DNA of 64,000 nt from Scyliorhinus canicula. Taxonomy: Eukaryota. Positions 62,821 to 64,000 of the stretch are shown here, in pieces (position 1 is the stretch's first letter; every line of letters begins with the position of its first letter). The notes under the pieces are model-generated. The model was not told the DNA's origin, ran no database searches, and saw only the letters and a list, made by a program, of their open reading frames with translations. Location: the NCBI RefSeq assembly GCF_902713615.1, contig NC_052161.1:77396438-77460437 (forward strand). Direction: 5' to 3'. Made by a program: the position numbers and the translations under genes.

Positions 62821-64000
62821 ATCTACAGATTCCCAATGAAGGTTCCCCATTATCCAAGCGTGGCTACATATGGTGACGAAATTTAGAAGCAAATGTTTAT
62901 TAAATTCTTTTTATGCCTGCAGGACTTTAAATATCTGATAGAATCAACTCGCAACAGTCTTGGTCAACAACAGGTTAAGTCGAAAGCAACGTTTTACTAT
63001 TTCTTCTTTATTTCAGAGCCATTTCTCATCATTCTTTTCTGTTTTACAATATTAGATGTGATAGTAGGGCATTCTGTAGCCAACTGCATGAGATGTTCCA
63101 GCTCTATAAAGCATCTCGTCATAGTGAATCTGTCTTTAAGACATGCAACCTTTGGAAAGCCTTCAATCCTGAGATTGCAGTGTTGCTTGCCTGAACTGCT
63201 TCATCGCCAGTTAGGCAAATGTTGCATGCCTGTCTTGCTCGTTAACTTCTTTGCACCTGCTAATTTAAGATGGCTATCTCCTGAACTGTTTTTTCCCGAA
63301 AAGTACCTCTTTAGGTTTGAACTGAAGCATGGAAGTTTAAACCTAACAACGTCATTCTCAAGAGTAGTGACCCGGTCACTAACAGAAGTTACCTATCATC
63401 CCATTCTCAAGCTCTGCCAGCCTCCATTTGCCATCTCCACTGTGCCTTTCTCCTCCTTGCACCCTCTCCCCCAACCCTCCTCCAACCCAACCCCAACACC
63501 TGGTGGAGGAGGCGTATACAATTCAGTTGTTGAGGCCTTTACCTTTCTGCCCAACTTTAATCACCATTCAAAACCAAGCTGTCTAACCACCACTTGCACA
63601 GTTTTCCTCTTTCCCCACCTAAGGTCTATTTATCCTTTTTTACCCTTTAAAACAGAGGTGGGAAATCTAAACTAGTGGGTAGGTCACATGAGAACCTTCC
63701 TTTGTCTCAGTGGGCCGCAGATTGAAATCGGGTTTGTTCACTATCAACCCATGAATAAGATTAAATACATTTAATAAATACACCCAATATTTCACAATGT
63801 GTTACAGAAAATGCTTAATCATTTATATATTAGTAGAGCTGTTATCAACTTCAAATGGTAAAAACAAAATAAATATTACACTTTGGACGCAGAGGGAGCG
63901 CACCGCTCTCACAGTCAATGTTGTGAGTAATCAGCTCCCACCTCACTTTTCTTACCCCTGCTACGTGCAGATCACTTCAGTTATACTGGTAGGGAAAAAA

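Noticed and set aside
62893-63675. 260-aa ORF
   Set aside because: No family resemblance and not the expected next MYPN exon; the 3' part may be a decayed Penelope-like remnant, too weak to call.

Overview
Eukaryotic, repeat-dense vertebrate genomic DNA. The repeat complement (HE1/V-SINEs, DeuSINE-like SINEs, CR1 LINEs) points to a cartilaginous fish such as a catshark; this is an inference. The only host coding sequence I can support is two + strand exons of a myopalladin (MYPN; palladin/myotilin family) gene at 54449-55111 and 60253-60397, with compatible splice phases. I recognised no upstream exon in the first 54 kb, so most of the window is probably one very long intron. The rest is nested transposon debris: many CR1 fragments, a second APE-RT LINE family, L1/Tx1 3' ends, two decayed Gypsy elements plus solo LTRs, Penelope-like remnants, two PIF/Harbinger remnants (transposase + Myb/SANT) with many GC-rich MITEs, about 30 SINEs, and simple repeats. 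The most interesting signals are: (1) a Gypsy LTR with no tRNA primer site but a 13-bp self-complementary PBS that also masks its poly(A) signal; (2) a near-intact minimal hammerhead ribozyme in the MYPN sense strand, next to an antisense duplicate; (3) one V-SINE body carrying three different 3' tails and insertion signatures; (4) a locally templated snap-back insertion at a SINE junction; (5) a Harbinger MITE system with non-TAA 3-bp TSDs. Repeat boundaries are read by eye and are approximate unless a TSD is quoted. Protein comparisons rest on recalled family sequences, not on searches.
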